This document shows positions 24,557-33,559 of a DNA stretch of 35,286 nucleotides, piece after piece. A program made the translations under genes and the position numbers. Position 1 is the stretch's first letter. Each line of letters starts with the position of its first letter. The notes under the pieces are model-generated. The model did no database searches and had not been told where the DNA came from. It saw only the letters and a program-made list of their open reading frames with translations. This stretch comes from a virus (taxonomy: Duplodnaviria > Caudoviricetes), in the IMG/VR virus record IMGVR_UViG_3300048579_000441, positions 1 to 35,286 of that record; one strand, given 5' to 3'.

Positions 24557-26890
24557 ATGGAAAATGACATTGTGGGTATAAATGAAATTGCAGTGATGGC
24601 CGGCGTCACCAGCCAAGCTGTCACGAACTGGCGCTCGCGGGCACCGGATTTCCCCCGGCCCCTGAAGGACTTGGCCTCAGGTCCTGTTTTTCGCCGCGCG
24701 CAAGTCCGCGCTTGGCTTCACCGTAACAACCGCAAGCTTCAGCAGCTTGAACAGGGTTCGGACTACTACGCCCGCTTGAAAAGTTACCGCAATGACGACG
24801 ACGCCCTGGCGGGTTGCATTGCGCGGGTCATGAATCAGCTCGAATCGAACAACACCTCGGGCGACAGGCCCGGCATGCTGCTCGGCAAGATTCAATCCGG
24901 CAAAACGCGAGCGTTCGTTGGCGCTATCGCGCTGGCATTCGATCGCGGCTTCGACATCGCTCTCGTCCTCACCAAGGGCACGAAGACGCTTTCCGCCCAG
25001 ACCGTGTCGCGCCTCAGCGCGGATTTCCGCGAGTTCATCGACGAAGACGAGGTCATGGTGCTGGACATCATGAAGCTGCCGCAGCTTACGCGCAGCGAAA
25101 TGCGTCGAAAGATGGTCATCGTCGCGAAGAAACAGGCCCGCAATCTCGACAAGCTGATTGATTTCGTGAAAGCGCACGAGACTCAGCGCAACCGCAAGGT
25201 TCTGCTGGTGGATGACGAGGCTGATCTTGCGAGCATTCGTTTCGTGCCTGAGCCTGACGACGGCGGCGTCAAGCAAGGAACAATTGCAGACCAAATCGAT
25301 GAACTGCGTAGGTTGGTGAAAGACGTGGCCTTCCTTCAGGTCACCGCTACGCCCTATTCCCTCTATCTCCAGCCTGAAGACTATGAGAATGCAGCGAACG
25401 GCGCGAATTATGTCTTTAAGCCGAAGCGCCCGGCGTTCACCGAATTGTTGCCGATTCACAATGGCTATGTTGGCGGTGACGATTATTTCGGTAAATTCGA
25501 GGATGATGATCCGCGCTCCAGGCTCATCGTAGAGGTGTCATCGCAGGAGCAGGATGCCCTACGCAAGCCCGACCAGCGGCGCATCAGCCCGGAACGGGTG
25601 CTTGATAGTCCGAATACGGTCGGCATCCGTCGCGCTATCGTCACGTTCGTAGTCGCGGTCGGCGTTCGCCAGTGGCAGCAACGCGAAGCGGGCGATAAAC
25701 CGCGCAAGTATGCGATGATCATCCACAACGATACACAGCGCTCGGCCCACGCATGGCAGGACCAGGTCATGAAGTGGATTTTCGAAGCTATCACGAAGGC
25801 TGCGGAAGAACGGCCCGGCGACCTGCGTCCGCTTTTCGACGAGGCATTCAATGATCTCACCGCGTCCGTAGAGGCTGACGGCGGTGCGATGCCCGGCCGC
25901 GATGAGGCGTTCGACATCTTTATCGACGCGCTCCAGAGCGACGACATCGTTATCGAGAAGATCAACTCCGATCAGGACGTGATGAAGCTTCTCGACGAGA
26001 AGTCGGAGCTTAAGCTGCGCACCCCGTACAATATCTTCGTCGGTGGCAATATTCTTGACCGCGGCATCACCATTCCGAACCTGATTGCCTTCTATTACGG
26101 GCGCAATCCAAGGACGATGCAAGCCGATACAGTCCTACAACACTCCCGCATCTACGGGAATCGCGACCGGCGCGATCTGGCGGTTACGCGGTTCTACACG
26201 TCGCGCTCGGTCTATGATCGTCTCTATACAATCAACGAGTTTGAGAACGCGCTACGTAAAGCCTTCGAAACCGGAGCGCATGACAGGGGCGTGGTCTTCA
26301 TTCAGTCCGACGATACTGGTCGCGTGCGCGCATGCGCGCCTAACAAGGTCCGTCTTAGCGACGTCGTGACTGTGTCCAGCAGTTCCATGTTGTTGCCGAC
26401 TGATTTTCAGACGCGCGGCGGCAGCGCCATGGCCGCCATTCAAACCAAGCTGGAGAAGCTCGTCAAACCGGAATGGCGCGACACGGGCGAGTTCGTGCCA
26501 GTTGACCGCAAGACGGCGCTGGCGATCATCGACCAGATCGAGCAGAGCATGGAGTTTGATAGTGTCGAGTTCGAATGGGACGCCATGCGCTCGCTTATCG
26601 ACTATTACACCGACGAGAACCACGGCGGTGACGGGAAGTTGTTGATTTTGGCGGAAACAGGTAGGCGATTGTCCCGCGCCGGATCGGGCGACAAATCTGG
26701 TCGCTCGATTCTTGGTACCGCTCTCCGCTCCAAAGTCTTGGACGTTCCGCGCAAGAAGCCTGCCCTCATCTTGCTTCAGCAGGAAGGCGGCCGTGATCTG
26801 GGGTGGACGGCGCATCATTTCTGGTGGCCGGTGTTTGCCGCCCCAACCGACGCGGAGCCATGCGTATTTGCGACAAAAACAGCAGATTAA
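24557..26890 (+). CDS. HTH-fused Z1-domain SF2 helicase/ATPase (start moved to MENDIV)
   Basis: N-terminal EIAVMAGVTSQAVTNWR..PDFPRP HTH; GKIQSGKT, DDEAD, VTATP, GGNILDRGITI, DTVLQHSRIYGNR. Confidence 0.88.
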   Translation: MENDIVGINEIAVMAGVTSQAVTNWRSRAPDFPRPLKDLASGPVFRRAQVRAWLHRNNRKLQQLEQGSDYYARLKSYRNDDDALAGCIARVMNQLESNNTSGDRPGMLLGKIQSGKTRAFVGAIALAFDRGFDIALVLTKGTKTLSAQTVSRLSADFREFIDEDEVMVLDIMKLPQLTRSEMRRKMVIVAKKQARNLDKLIDFVKAHETQRNRKVLLVDDEADLASIRFVPEPDDGGVKQGTIADQIDELRRLVKDVAFLQVTATPYSLYLQPEDYENAANGANYVFKPKRPAFTELLPIHNGYVGGDDYFGKFEDDDPRSRLIVEVSSQEQDALRKPDQRRISPERVLDSPNTVGIRRAIVTFVVAVGVRQWQQREAGDKPRKYAMIIHNDTQRSAHAWQDQVMKWIFEAITKAAEERPGDLRPLFDEAFNDLTASVEADGGAMPGRDEAFDIFIDALQSDDIVIEKINSDQDVMKLLDEKSELKLRTPYNIFVGGNILDRGITIPNLIAFYYGRNPRTMQADTVLQHSRIYGNRDRRDLAVTRFYTSRSVYDRLYTINEFENALRKAFETGAHDRGVVFIQSDDTGRVRACAPNKVRLSDVVTVSSSSMLLPTDFQTRGGSAMAAIQTKLEKLVKPEWRDTGEFVPVDRKTALAIIDQIEQSMEFDSVEFEWDAMRSLIDYYTDENHGGDGKLLILAETGRRLSRAGSGDKSGRSILGTALRSKVLDVPRKKPALILLQQEGGRDLGWTAHHFWWPVFAAPTDAEPCVFATKTAD

Positions 26891-27320
26891 CTTGGATTGA
26901 CGGGCGCATCGGTTTTCATCGACTAGGCTCTCGTGACTAAACGGAGTCACCGTTTCGGCGTCTGCCGCCATCCGGCGTCGACCCCTCGCTTGTCTGAACG
27001 GATATCCTTACGGCTGACCTACCGTATTCGGGACAGAATCACTATCCTGAACCTTAGTCCACGCTGGAAACGCGGGATCATCGATCCTACAGCAGCAACA
27101 ACAACCATAGTTGACCGTCGTCACCGAATAAATTCTAATGAGAGTGCGCCCCTGAAGAAGGTGACGGTACAAGCCGAAATAACCGACGGTGGAGAAATCC
27201 TAACGTCGAAGAAAAAGAGAACAGCCCCAGCGAAAAGCTGCGCCGCGCTGCCCAAAATACATCGGTAAAAACAAAAACAAACCGCGCTTGCGCGGTGCAA
27301 AACCCGTATGGAGAAAAGGC

Positions 27321-28106
27321 ATGCGCTTTGCCCTTATTGAGAACGAACGTAGAGTCTCATCACCGCGATTGAGCGGTCACTGTCCTGTATGCGGCAGCGT
27401 CGTGATTGCAAAATGCGGAACTCGAAGAGTCTGGCATTGGGCGCATCTTGGCGAAAGAAATTGCGATAGCTGGTGGGAGCCTGAAACTGAATGGCATCGG
27501 AACTGGAAGAACGAGTTTCCGGCAAGCTGGCAGGAAGTCGTCCATATCGCACAAAACGGCGAGAAACATGTCGCGGACGTAAAATCCACGAGCGGGACGG
27601 TGATCGAGTTTCAGCACTCTTTCCTCAAAGCCGAAGAGCGCATGGCGCGGGAAGCGTTCTATCGCAAGATGGTTTGGGTCGTGGATGGGCGCAGGCGTAA
27701 GCGCGACGCTGCACAATTGTTGAAGTGCATAGGACCATGCGTGTTTCGCCATCCGCCGTTTATCCTTCACGTCACCAATCATGACGAGTGCGCGCTGTTG
27801 CGCGACTGGAACGCTAGCCCCATGCCGGTCTATTTTGATTTGGGTGTTCGTGAGGAAGATGGTCAGCCGATCTTTTGGCGGCGTGACCCCATCGGCCGGA
27901 CTGGCAGAATTTATATGACGCCAGTTTCCCGCGAGTCATTCCTGAAGGTGCATCGCGAAGGGCTCGACGCCGAAGAGAAGTTCTCCGAAGGCGTCGGCGT
28001 AATCGTCGGGAATCTTCGGCGCGCTGCTCAACAGCCGCAACCGTTACCGCCGACGGGTTTCCATCGATATCTCGCAGGAAGACGCAGCTTGCGTCGGCGT
28101 CTTTAA
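27321..28106 (+). CDS. CoiA-like zinc-finger PD-(D/E)XK nuclease
   Basis: CPVC...KCG...WHWAH...C, ETEWH, ADV....VIEFQHS, MVWVVD. Confidence 0.85.
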   Translation: MRFALIENERRVSSPRLSGHCPVCGSVVIAKCGTRRVWHWAHLGERNCDSWWEPETEWHRNWKNEFPASWQEVVHIAQNGEKHVADVKSTSGTVIEFQHSFLKAEERMAREAFYRKMVWVVDGRRRKRDAAQLLKCIGPCVFRHPPFILHVTNHDECALLRDWNASPMPVYFDLGVREEDGQPIFWRRDPIGRTGRIYMTPVSRESFLKVHREGLDAEEKFSEGVGVIVGNLRRAAQQPQPLPPTGFHRYLAGRRSLRRRL

Positions 28107-28317
28107 TCGCGACGCGTTATAGGGGGAATTTCTATAGCTCATCGGCGCGTCGGCTTGCTGCCGACCGGGCTCTATTCACCTGACGGCTCACCGGACCAAC
28201 CCGTTGCCGCCAAGCGCGGAACGTTTGTCCCGGCCATCCGGTAACGATCCCTCGCGCGTAATACGGAACAGCCGTAGGCTGACTCTTCTCTTTTGAATTG
28301 GGGGCGTGCCGCCCCTG

Positions 28318-28403
28318 CCGTCAAGGCGCAAAGCTAGGCCCGTGTAGTCGCCGCTTTCAGCGGCTCCGGCCCGCGCCACGCCGTCGCTTTGCGCCTGTGA
28401 CGG
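28318..28403 (+). promoter_or_regulatory. Frpo-like single-stranded promoter hairpin
   Basis: CCGTCAAGGCGCAAAGC ... GCTTTGCGCCTGTGACGG 17-bp stem with one bulge, upstream of an RBS and ATG. Confidence 0.55.
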
Positions 28404-28472
28404 CTCACCGCCGCTCATTGCCGCGTGGCTAGTCGGTTGCATGTGCAACCCGCTAACCAAGGAAGCAGCGAT

Positions 28473-28889
28473 ATGACAAACTTTGATCGACCGATGTTCT
28501 GTGCTTACAGGGCAAGTTCGAGCCTTGCGGGGCGATTGTCCGATCTCAAGTGCCTGTGGACGGTTTTTGCCGCAGGCCGAGAAGACGAAGAGCTTGGCAG
28601 CCTGAACGAATACGGCCTGTGCTTCGGGTATGTCGCACCGGATACGTTCGAAGATCAGGGCGAAGCCTATTTCCGCTATCAGCTCTCATGGGGCGGGCCG
28701 TCCGACGAATTCCGCTTCTTCGTCAATCCAGACCTGACCTGTCACCGCATCGAATATTGGTTCCTCGACTGGTCGGACGGCGTGCACTGCGTCCTGTCGG
28801 GCGATTCCCGGCAATTGCTGTTGGATATCTTCGAATGGTTTTCTGCCAACGGGCTTGCGCGGACAGCCTACGAAGAGAATTCGTTATGA
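28473..28889 (+). CDS. Acidic hypothetical protein with YQLSWGGPSDE motif
   Basis: AAGGAA RBS, ATG at 28473; aromatic/acidic composition. Confidence 0.7.
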   Translation: MTNFDRPMFCAYRASSSLAGRLSDLKCLWTVFAAGREDEELGSLNEYGLCFGYVAPDTFEDQGEAYFRYQLSWGGPSDEFRFFVNPDLTCHRIEYWFLDWSDGVHCVLSGDSRQLLLDIFEWFSANGLARTAYEENSL

Positions 28890-28969
28890 GCGTGCGGTTG
28901 ATGAAATGCGGGCGCTCGAAACGCAGGAGATCGCGCCGCTGACGCGAGCGGCACGATCTTTTTGGGGGC

Positions 28970-29797
28970 TCACAGTTTCGGGGGCGCGCCGCGCGTATTC
29001 TCCTGCAACGATTTGAAATACGACTGCATGAATGCATAGTCGGCCATGCCGTTGGCCTTGACGCGCTCGTTGTCGGACAGGACGAAGCGCAGCCATTGCG
29101 CATGGTCCGGCGAAATCCCGGCATTGAACTCCATAATCATCACGACATCGCAGGTTCCATCTGCGTTGACGCTTCTGGCTTGGTCCGGGCTTCCAATCAC
29201 GGTCATTTGCACATTGCATGACTGTACGCGCGAAGGCGGCGGCGCGAATGGCTTTCCGTCGTTGAACTGGAATACGTAGCTGCGTCCGTAATACACCTGC
29301 GGCTCGGCTTTCAGTTTTGCCTTCATCTGCGCAAGCACTTCGGAAAACCGCGGCTGATCCGGCTCAGAATAGTAATGAATCGTGCGCTCGATACCGACCA
29401 CTTGGTTGCCAGACGAAGGGGCGCTTAAATGCACCGTGATGTGCTCTGTCGTTGATCTGTCGGTCGTTGATTTCAGGTTGCGTTCCAGCTTGAGCAAGGA
29501 AACAAAGCTGCCCCTTATCGCCTGACTCCCGCCGGGGCCCCGCAGCCGGAAGGTAGAATCCGTTACCCGAATGGCGTCCGGGTTGGGCCGCAGGCTTTCA
29601 GCATTGAGCTTTTCCAGCTTTGCCTTGGCTTCCGCATAGGAATCGCCGAGTTCGATGCCAAGGATGTCCGCACGGTCGCGCGGAATGTTCTGGCCTTTCG
29701 GCACGTTCAGAGTCTGCTTCCACTCGATTTCTTGCGCAAAGGATGGTGTGGCAACAGCCAGCATCATCGCTACGGCAGCGCCATAACGCACGCCCAT
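28970..29797 (-). CDS. Exported hypothetical protein (Sec signal peptide)
   Basis: MGVRYGAAVAMMLAVATPSFA-QE signal peptide. Confidence 0.8.
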   Translation of the reverse strand: MGVRYGAAVAMMLAVATPSFAQEIEWKQTLNVPKGQNIPRDRADILGIELGDSYAEAKAKLEKLNAESLRPNPDAIRVTDSTFRLRGPGGSQAIRGSFVSLLKLERNLKSTTDRSTTEHITVHLSAPSSGNQVVGIERTIHYYSEPDQPRFSEVLAQMKAKLKAEPQVYYGRSYVFQFNDGKPFAPPPSRVQSCNVQMTVIGSPDQARSVNADGTCDVVMIMEFNAGISPDHAQWLRFVLSDNERVKANGMADYAFMQSYFKSLQENTRGAPPKL

Positions 29798-29830
29798 GGT
29801 TCGAACCCTCGTTTGAATGATGACAAGCTG

Positions 29831-29859
29831 GAAAAGAAGCCGCGCAGCACGCGGCTTCC
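29831..29859 (-). terminator. Rho-independent terminator
   Basis: Minus strand GAAGCCGCG-TGCTG-CGCGGCTTC followed by TTTTC. Confidence 0.7.
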
Positions 29860-29869
29860 AGTTCGATGA

Positions 29870-30034
29870 CTAGCCGTTGCCGTTCTGTTTGCTGCGTTCG
29901 TGCGCAAGCTGGCCGTTATAGGCTTCGCGCACCGTGTAGCTCGGGATCGACTGTTCGGTCGCCATCGGCGTCTGCGGATTGTTGTCGTGATTGAGCGATG
30001 CCTGGCGGCGGGCGGCTTCGGTGTCGTTCGACAT
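29870..30034 (-). CDS. 54-aa small protein not in the ORF track (MSNDTEAARRQ...QNGNG)
   Basis: GGGAG RBS, ATG, GC3-rich codons, TAG then terminator. Confidence 0.6.
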   Translation of the reverse strand: MSNDTEAARRQASLNHDNNPQTPMATEQSIPSYTVREAYNGQLAHERSKQNGNG

Positions 30035-30153
30035 GGGCTACTCCCGTCATGCGCCGGAATTCTTCCGGCTGGAATCAAAAAGCCCCACACCTAAAGGTCA
30101 TGAGGCTATCGGCGGCATCGAGCAGACGCGGCGGGCGAACACGTTGAACAGAC

Positions 30154-30295
30154 TAAGCTATTCTGTCGCGTGTGCGGCGTAACAGCCGTTTTGGCGTTGA
30201 TCCGGGACGGTGGCAGTGCTAGGTTTTCAACTATCGAGCATACAAAAAGCGCCGGTTTTTCGGGGCTTTCAAGGCAGGGTGAACAGAATAGCTTA
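30154..30295. repeat. 13-bp perfect inverted repeats flanking a sigma70 promoter (candidate invertible switch or res site)
   Basis: TAAGCTATTCTGT (30154-30166) and ACAGAATAGCTTA (30283-30295); TTGATC-N17-TAGGTT at 30197-30225 between them. Confidence 0.65.
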
Positions 30296-30344
30296 AACCG
30301 TCATGTCCGGGTGCCGGGGCTCTGCGGCATCAGGAGAAACGGAC

Positions 30345-30938
30345 ATGGCTCTTCACCCCGGCCAGCAGGGCAGCCTTTACGACCTCAACGGCTGCCGCAA
30401 ATATCTGACCCCCGCCGAACGCAATCGTTTTCTGGACGCAGCCAACGCGTGCGAGTGCACAAAACTGCGCACGTTCTGCCTGACACTGGCCTACAGCGGA
30501 TGCAGGATTTCGGAAGGGCTGGCGCTGATGCCTGTCTCCATCGAGCGTGCCGACGGCTTTATCGCCGTCCAGTCCCTTAAGAAGCGGAGCAGGACTATCG
30601 TCGTAAGGCAGGTGCCCGTGCCTGATGATCTGCTTGCGATGATCGAAGAGGTGCATTGCGCGGACAGTGATTTCCGACATGCGCGCCTGTGGCCGTGGTC
30701 GCGCGGATACGCGTGGCTGCTCGTCAAGGCGGTCATGGCGCAGGCGGGTATTACGGATGGAATCCACGCAACGCCGAAGGGATTGCGGCACGGATTTGGA
30801 CTGCACGCCATACGGTCGGGCGTGCCGCTCAATCTCGTGCAGCGGTGGTTGGGTCATGCCAGCATGACGACCACGGCGATTTATCTTCAGGCGATTGGCA
30901 GTGAAGAGCGGGAAATCGCAGCGCGGATGTGGCACTGA
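30345..30938 (+). CDS. Small FimB/XerC-like tyrosine recombinase (catalytic domain only)
   Basis: RKYLT..E...FL, GCRISE, LKKR, KGLRHGF, WLGH, TAIY; AGGAG RBS. Confidence 0.9.
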   Translation: MALHPGQQGSLYDLNGCRKYLTPAERNRFLDAANACECTKLRTFCLTLAYSGCRISEGLALMPVSIERADGFIAVQSLKKRSRTIVVRQVPVPDDLLAMIEEVHCADSDFRHARLWPWSRGYAWLLVKAVMAQAGITDGIHATPKGLRHGFGLHAIRSGVPLNLVQRWLGHASMTTTAIYLQAIGSEEREIAARMWH

Positions 30939-30946
30939 GCGTCTTC

Positions 30947-33241
30947 CTAGCGCGCAGCTTTCAGCATCTCGATCTCGCGTCGCAGGTTGTCGTTGTCGGC
31001 TTTCAGTTCCTGTATGGCCTTAACCAAGACCGGTGTAAGGTCTCCATAGGCGATGCTCTTTGTTTGCATGGTATCGTTGGCCGTCGAGACGATCTCGGGC
31101 AGCACCTTTTCCGCTTCCTGTGCGATAAGGCCCAGCTTGCGGCCTTTCTGCCAGTCTTCGTCCTGCGCTGTCCACTGGAAGGACACGGCCCGTAGGCGCA
31201 TAACTGTATCAAGGCCGTAGTCGAGATCATGCACCTTGGTTTTCAGACGTGCATCCGACGTGTTGACGTACGCGCCTGCTCCGGCGACCTGTCCGGCGGA
31301 ATGTAGTCTGTAGGAAGGAACGGACGTTCCGATGCCGATATTGCCGTTGTCTAGGATCGACAACCTTGCATCAACTCCGCCTTTGGCTAGGTGGAAAGCA
31401 CTGTCGAAGTAAATATAAGTATGGCTGTTCGCGCCTTTTGCGAGAGAAAGATCAGCCGTCACATACACATGTCCCACGACGTGCAGCTTGCTCAATGGTG
31501 CCGTAGTTCCGATGCCGACGTTGCCATTGCTATTAATTGTCAGGCGCGCTTGTGCTGCTGTGGCGTCGGTGACTACGAAAGAATCGGAAGCATTGCCCGC
31601 CACATACATATTCCATTGCCGCGCATCATTTTTCATGACGAAACCAGCGGCTGAATCTGTTGCCAATGTCTCAACGAAAATATAGTTGGCAGCCGAGGCG
31701 TTCTGGGTATGCAAGGAAACGGCGGGCGTCGCCGTGCCGATGCCAAGCCGCTTGTTCGTGTTGTCCCAATGCAGATTTGCGGCGTCCGCGCTAAGCGCGC
31801 TTCCAAATTTGAATTGAATGGAGCCGTTACTGCCTGCGGGCGCAACGCTCGCGGCACCAGGCGCCCAATCTGTGCCGTTCCAGATCAGTGCCTGACCTGT
31901 TGTCGGGGGCGTCGAGACATCGACATCCGTCAAATCGGCAAGGACGGTTGCACCGCCGCCGCCGCCCGAGCCGTTGTACTGGCAGAAGATAACGGCGACG
32001 TTCTTGGGACGAGTCTCGGCGCCGCCGGTGGCCAAAGTCGATAACACGCTTGCCGTTGTTCCAACGCTGCCGCCGCCAAGTGGCGTCTGATTGAGTCCGC
32101 CGGTACCGGTGCCTGTCTGTACGTGGCTATGGCTTTTCAGATCATCGGCCTGCACGTTGCCGGGCGCGCGCGTGCCCGCAGGATCGTTGCCCGCACCATT
32201 GTCGATGCCGCGCAGGAAGCGCCCGCGTGCGGGCGTATATTCCGTCCATCCCGTCGGGCAGGTCGTGGTCGCAAAGGCCGCAATCGTTCCGGTCGGTACG
32301 CCGCCCCCGCCGCTGTCGGCCGCGCAGGCCCAGCCCGAGCCGGACCATTTCGGAATTTCTCCTGTGCTACATGACAGACCGGCCAGCGTGTCCACACCGC
32401 CGCCACCAACCAGCGATGCAGCAAAACGTGCGCCAGCGGGAATACTCGTCCGGTTTGAGTGTGCCCATGCCTCAAGATAATCGGTCGTGCCGTTCATGTG
32501 GACAATGGTGGACGTCGTAACCCCGAGCCCGTTCGCAGCCATAACGGCGACATCCGTCGAATGGATCGCATAGGAGCCGTTCTTGTATATCTGCGCGCTG
32601 ACCCAATCGCCCGATGCCGATGCCGCAAGTCCGGCAGAGACTGTCACCACATAACTGCCCGCAACCGTAGGCATGAAACGTCCGTTGGCGAGATCGAAAT
32701 TATTGTTGGTATCGAATTCCTCAGTCGTCCATGTCAGCTTGGTCGCGGTATTGGCGGGTATGGTCTGCGTCGATCCTTTGGTTGCCGCAAAAGCTGGCGC
32801 TGGGCCGCTGTTGCCCGACCCGCCGCCATCCACCGCACAGGCCCACGCCGTACCGTTGAACTTGGCGATTTCACCAGCATTGCATGACAGGCCTGCAAGC
32901 GTATCCGTGCTGCTTCCCGATCCAACCTCGATCCAGTTGTCGCCGTCGCAAAGTTTCAGCTTCGCAGCCGCGTCGTCATAGATCAGCACGCCTTCCTTTA
33001 CGGTCGAGGCGTGCAGCGAGGCGGAAGCCGCCTGTACACCGTTAGCGGCAAGGAAGCTGATCGCCATGTCGTTGGTGTCGCCAATCGGCGCAGCAGGACA
33101 ATCCGCGCGCGCCGTGTTCGGCATCAGAAGCAGGATTGCCATCATGCACAGGGTCTGGACGCCCAAACCGAGCTTACGAGGGCACCAGATGAGCGCCCAG
33201 ACCCTGTGCATGAAACTGCGATTCAAAACTCCCCCACGCAA
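30947..33241 (-). CDS. Secreted mosaic tail-fibre-like trimeric protein (signal peptide, C1q-like, tail collar, GNVGIGT repeats, S74 chaperone); true start may be downstream, e.g. 33211
   Basis: ILLLMPNTARA-D signal; PAFAA..FDTNNNFDLANGRFMPTVAGSY (C1q); VPTGTIAAF..CPTGW..RGRFLRG..ETRPKNVA (collar); SDARLK..LGLIAQE..LVKAIQEL (S74). Confidence 0.88.
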   Translation of the reverse strand: MRGGVLNRSFMHRVWALIWCPRKLGLGVQTLCMMAILLLMPNTARADCPAAPIGDTNDMAISFLAANGVQAASASLHASTVKEGVLIYDDAAAKLKLCDGDNWIEVGSGSSTDTLAGLSCNAGEIAKFNGTAWACAVDGGGSGNSGPAPAFAATKGSTQTIPANTATKLTWTTEEFDTNNNFDLANGRFMPTVAGSYVVTVSAGLAASASGDWVSAQIYKNGSYAIHSTDVAVMAANGLGVTTSTIVHMNGTTDYLEAWAHSNRTSIPAGARFAASLVGGGGVDTLAGLSCSTGEIPKWSGSGWACAADSGGGGVPTGTIAAFATTTCPTGWTEYTPARGRFLRGIDNGAGNDPAGTRAPGNVQADDLKSHSHVQTGTGTGGLNQTPLGGGSVGTTASVLSTLATGGAETRPKNVAVIFCQYNGSGGGGGATVLADLTDVDVSTPPTTGQALIWNGTDWAPGAASVAPAGSNGSIQFKFGSALSADAANLHWDNTNKRLGIGTATPAVSLHTQNASAANYIFVETLATDSAAGFVMKNDARQWNMYVAGNASDSFVVTDATAAQARLTINSNGNVGIGTTAPLSKLHVVGHVYVTADLSLAKGANSHTYIYFDSAFHLAKGGVDARLSILDNGNIGIGTSVPSYRLHSAGQVAGAGAYVNTSDARLKTKVHDLDYGLDTVMRLRAVSFQWTAQDEDWQKGRKLGLIAQEAEKVLPEIVSTANDTMQTKSIAYGDLTPVLVKAIQELKADNDNLRREIEMLKAAR

Positions 33242-33559
33242 ACGGCAAATAGCCGACCAGACCTGCGCACAGCTGGGCTGGTGGCCGGGAGTTAGAAACC
33301 GCTAATCGTAGAGAAACGGCGCGACGCTTTTTGGCCGCGAGGCTTGGACATATAACGCCGCCCCCCGGCCATTGGACCGAGAAGCGACATGATTTCAGGC
33401 TCATGTCAGCCGCTACGATTATTGGGGTTTCTACGCCCCGGACCGGCTCAACTCGCACGAGTCCTGTATTCATTGTAGGGGTGATCCGCTTTTGCGGTCA
33501 ATTTACTTTCGGCGGATGGCGGATTTCCGCCATTTGAAGGCAACGACAGACAGGCTTGG

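Larger units (their letters stand above)
17125..28889. mobile_element. Serine-recombinase integrative (probably mobilizable) defence island; right end undetermined
   Basis: Recombinase abutting the tRNA att, oriT-like hairpin, RM-type cargo, Frpo-like element; no right att found. Confidence 0.6.

Noticed and set aside
26933-27268. 111-aa ORF between Z1 and CoiA
   Set aside because: No RBS or recognisable motif and atypical composition; possibly a gene remnant
30947-33241. Fibre as the satellite's tail fibre, or as a DGR/shufflon target
   Set aside because: It lies about 14 kb beyond the satellite att and has a signal peptide; no reverse transcriptase, TR/VR pair or inverted alternative C-termini were seen
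33517-33534. TTCCGCCA as right att of the serine-recombinase island
   Set aside because: Only 8 bp match, and it is one arm of an ATGGCGGA/TCCGCCAT hairpin downstream of the Tat gene, more likely a terminator
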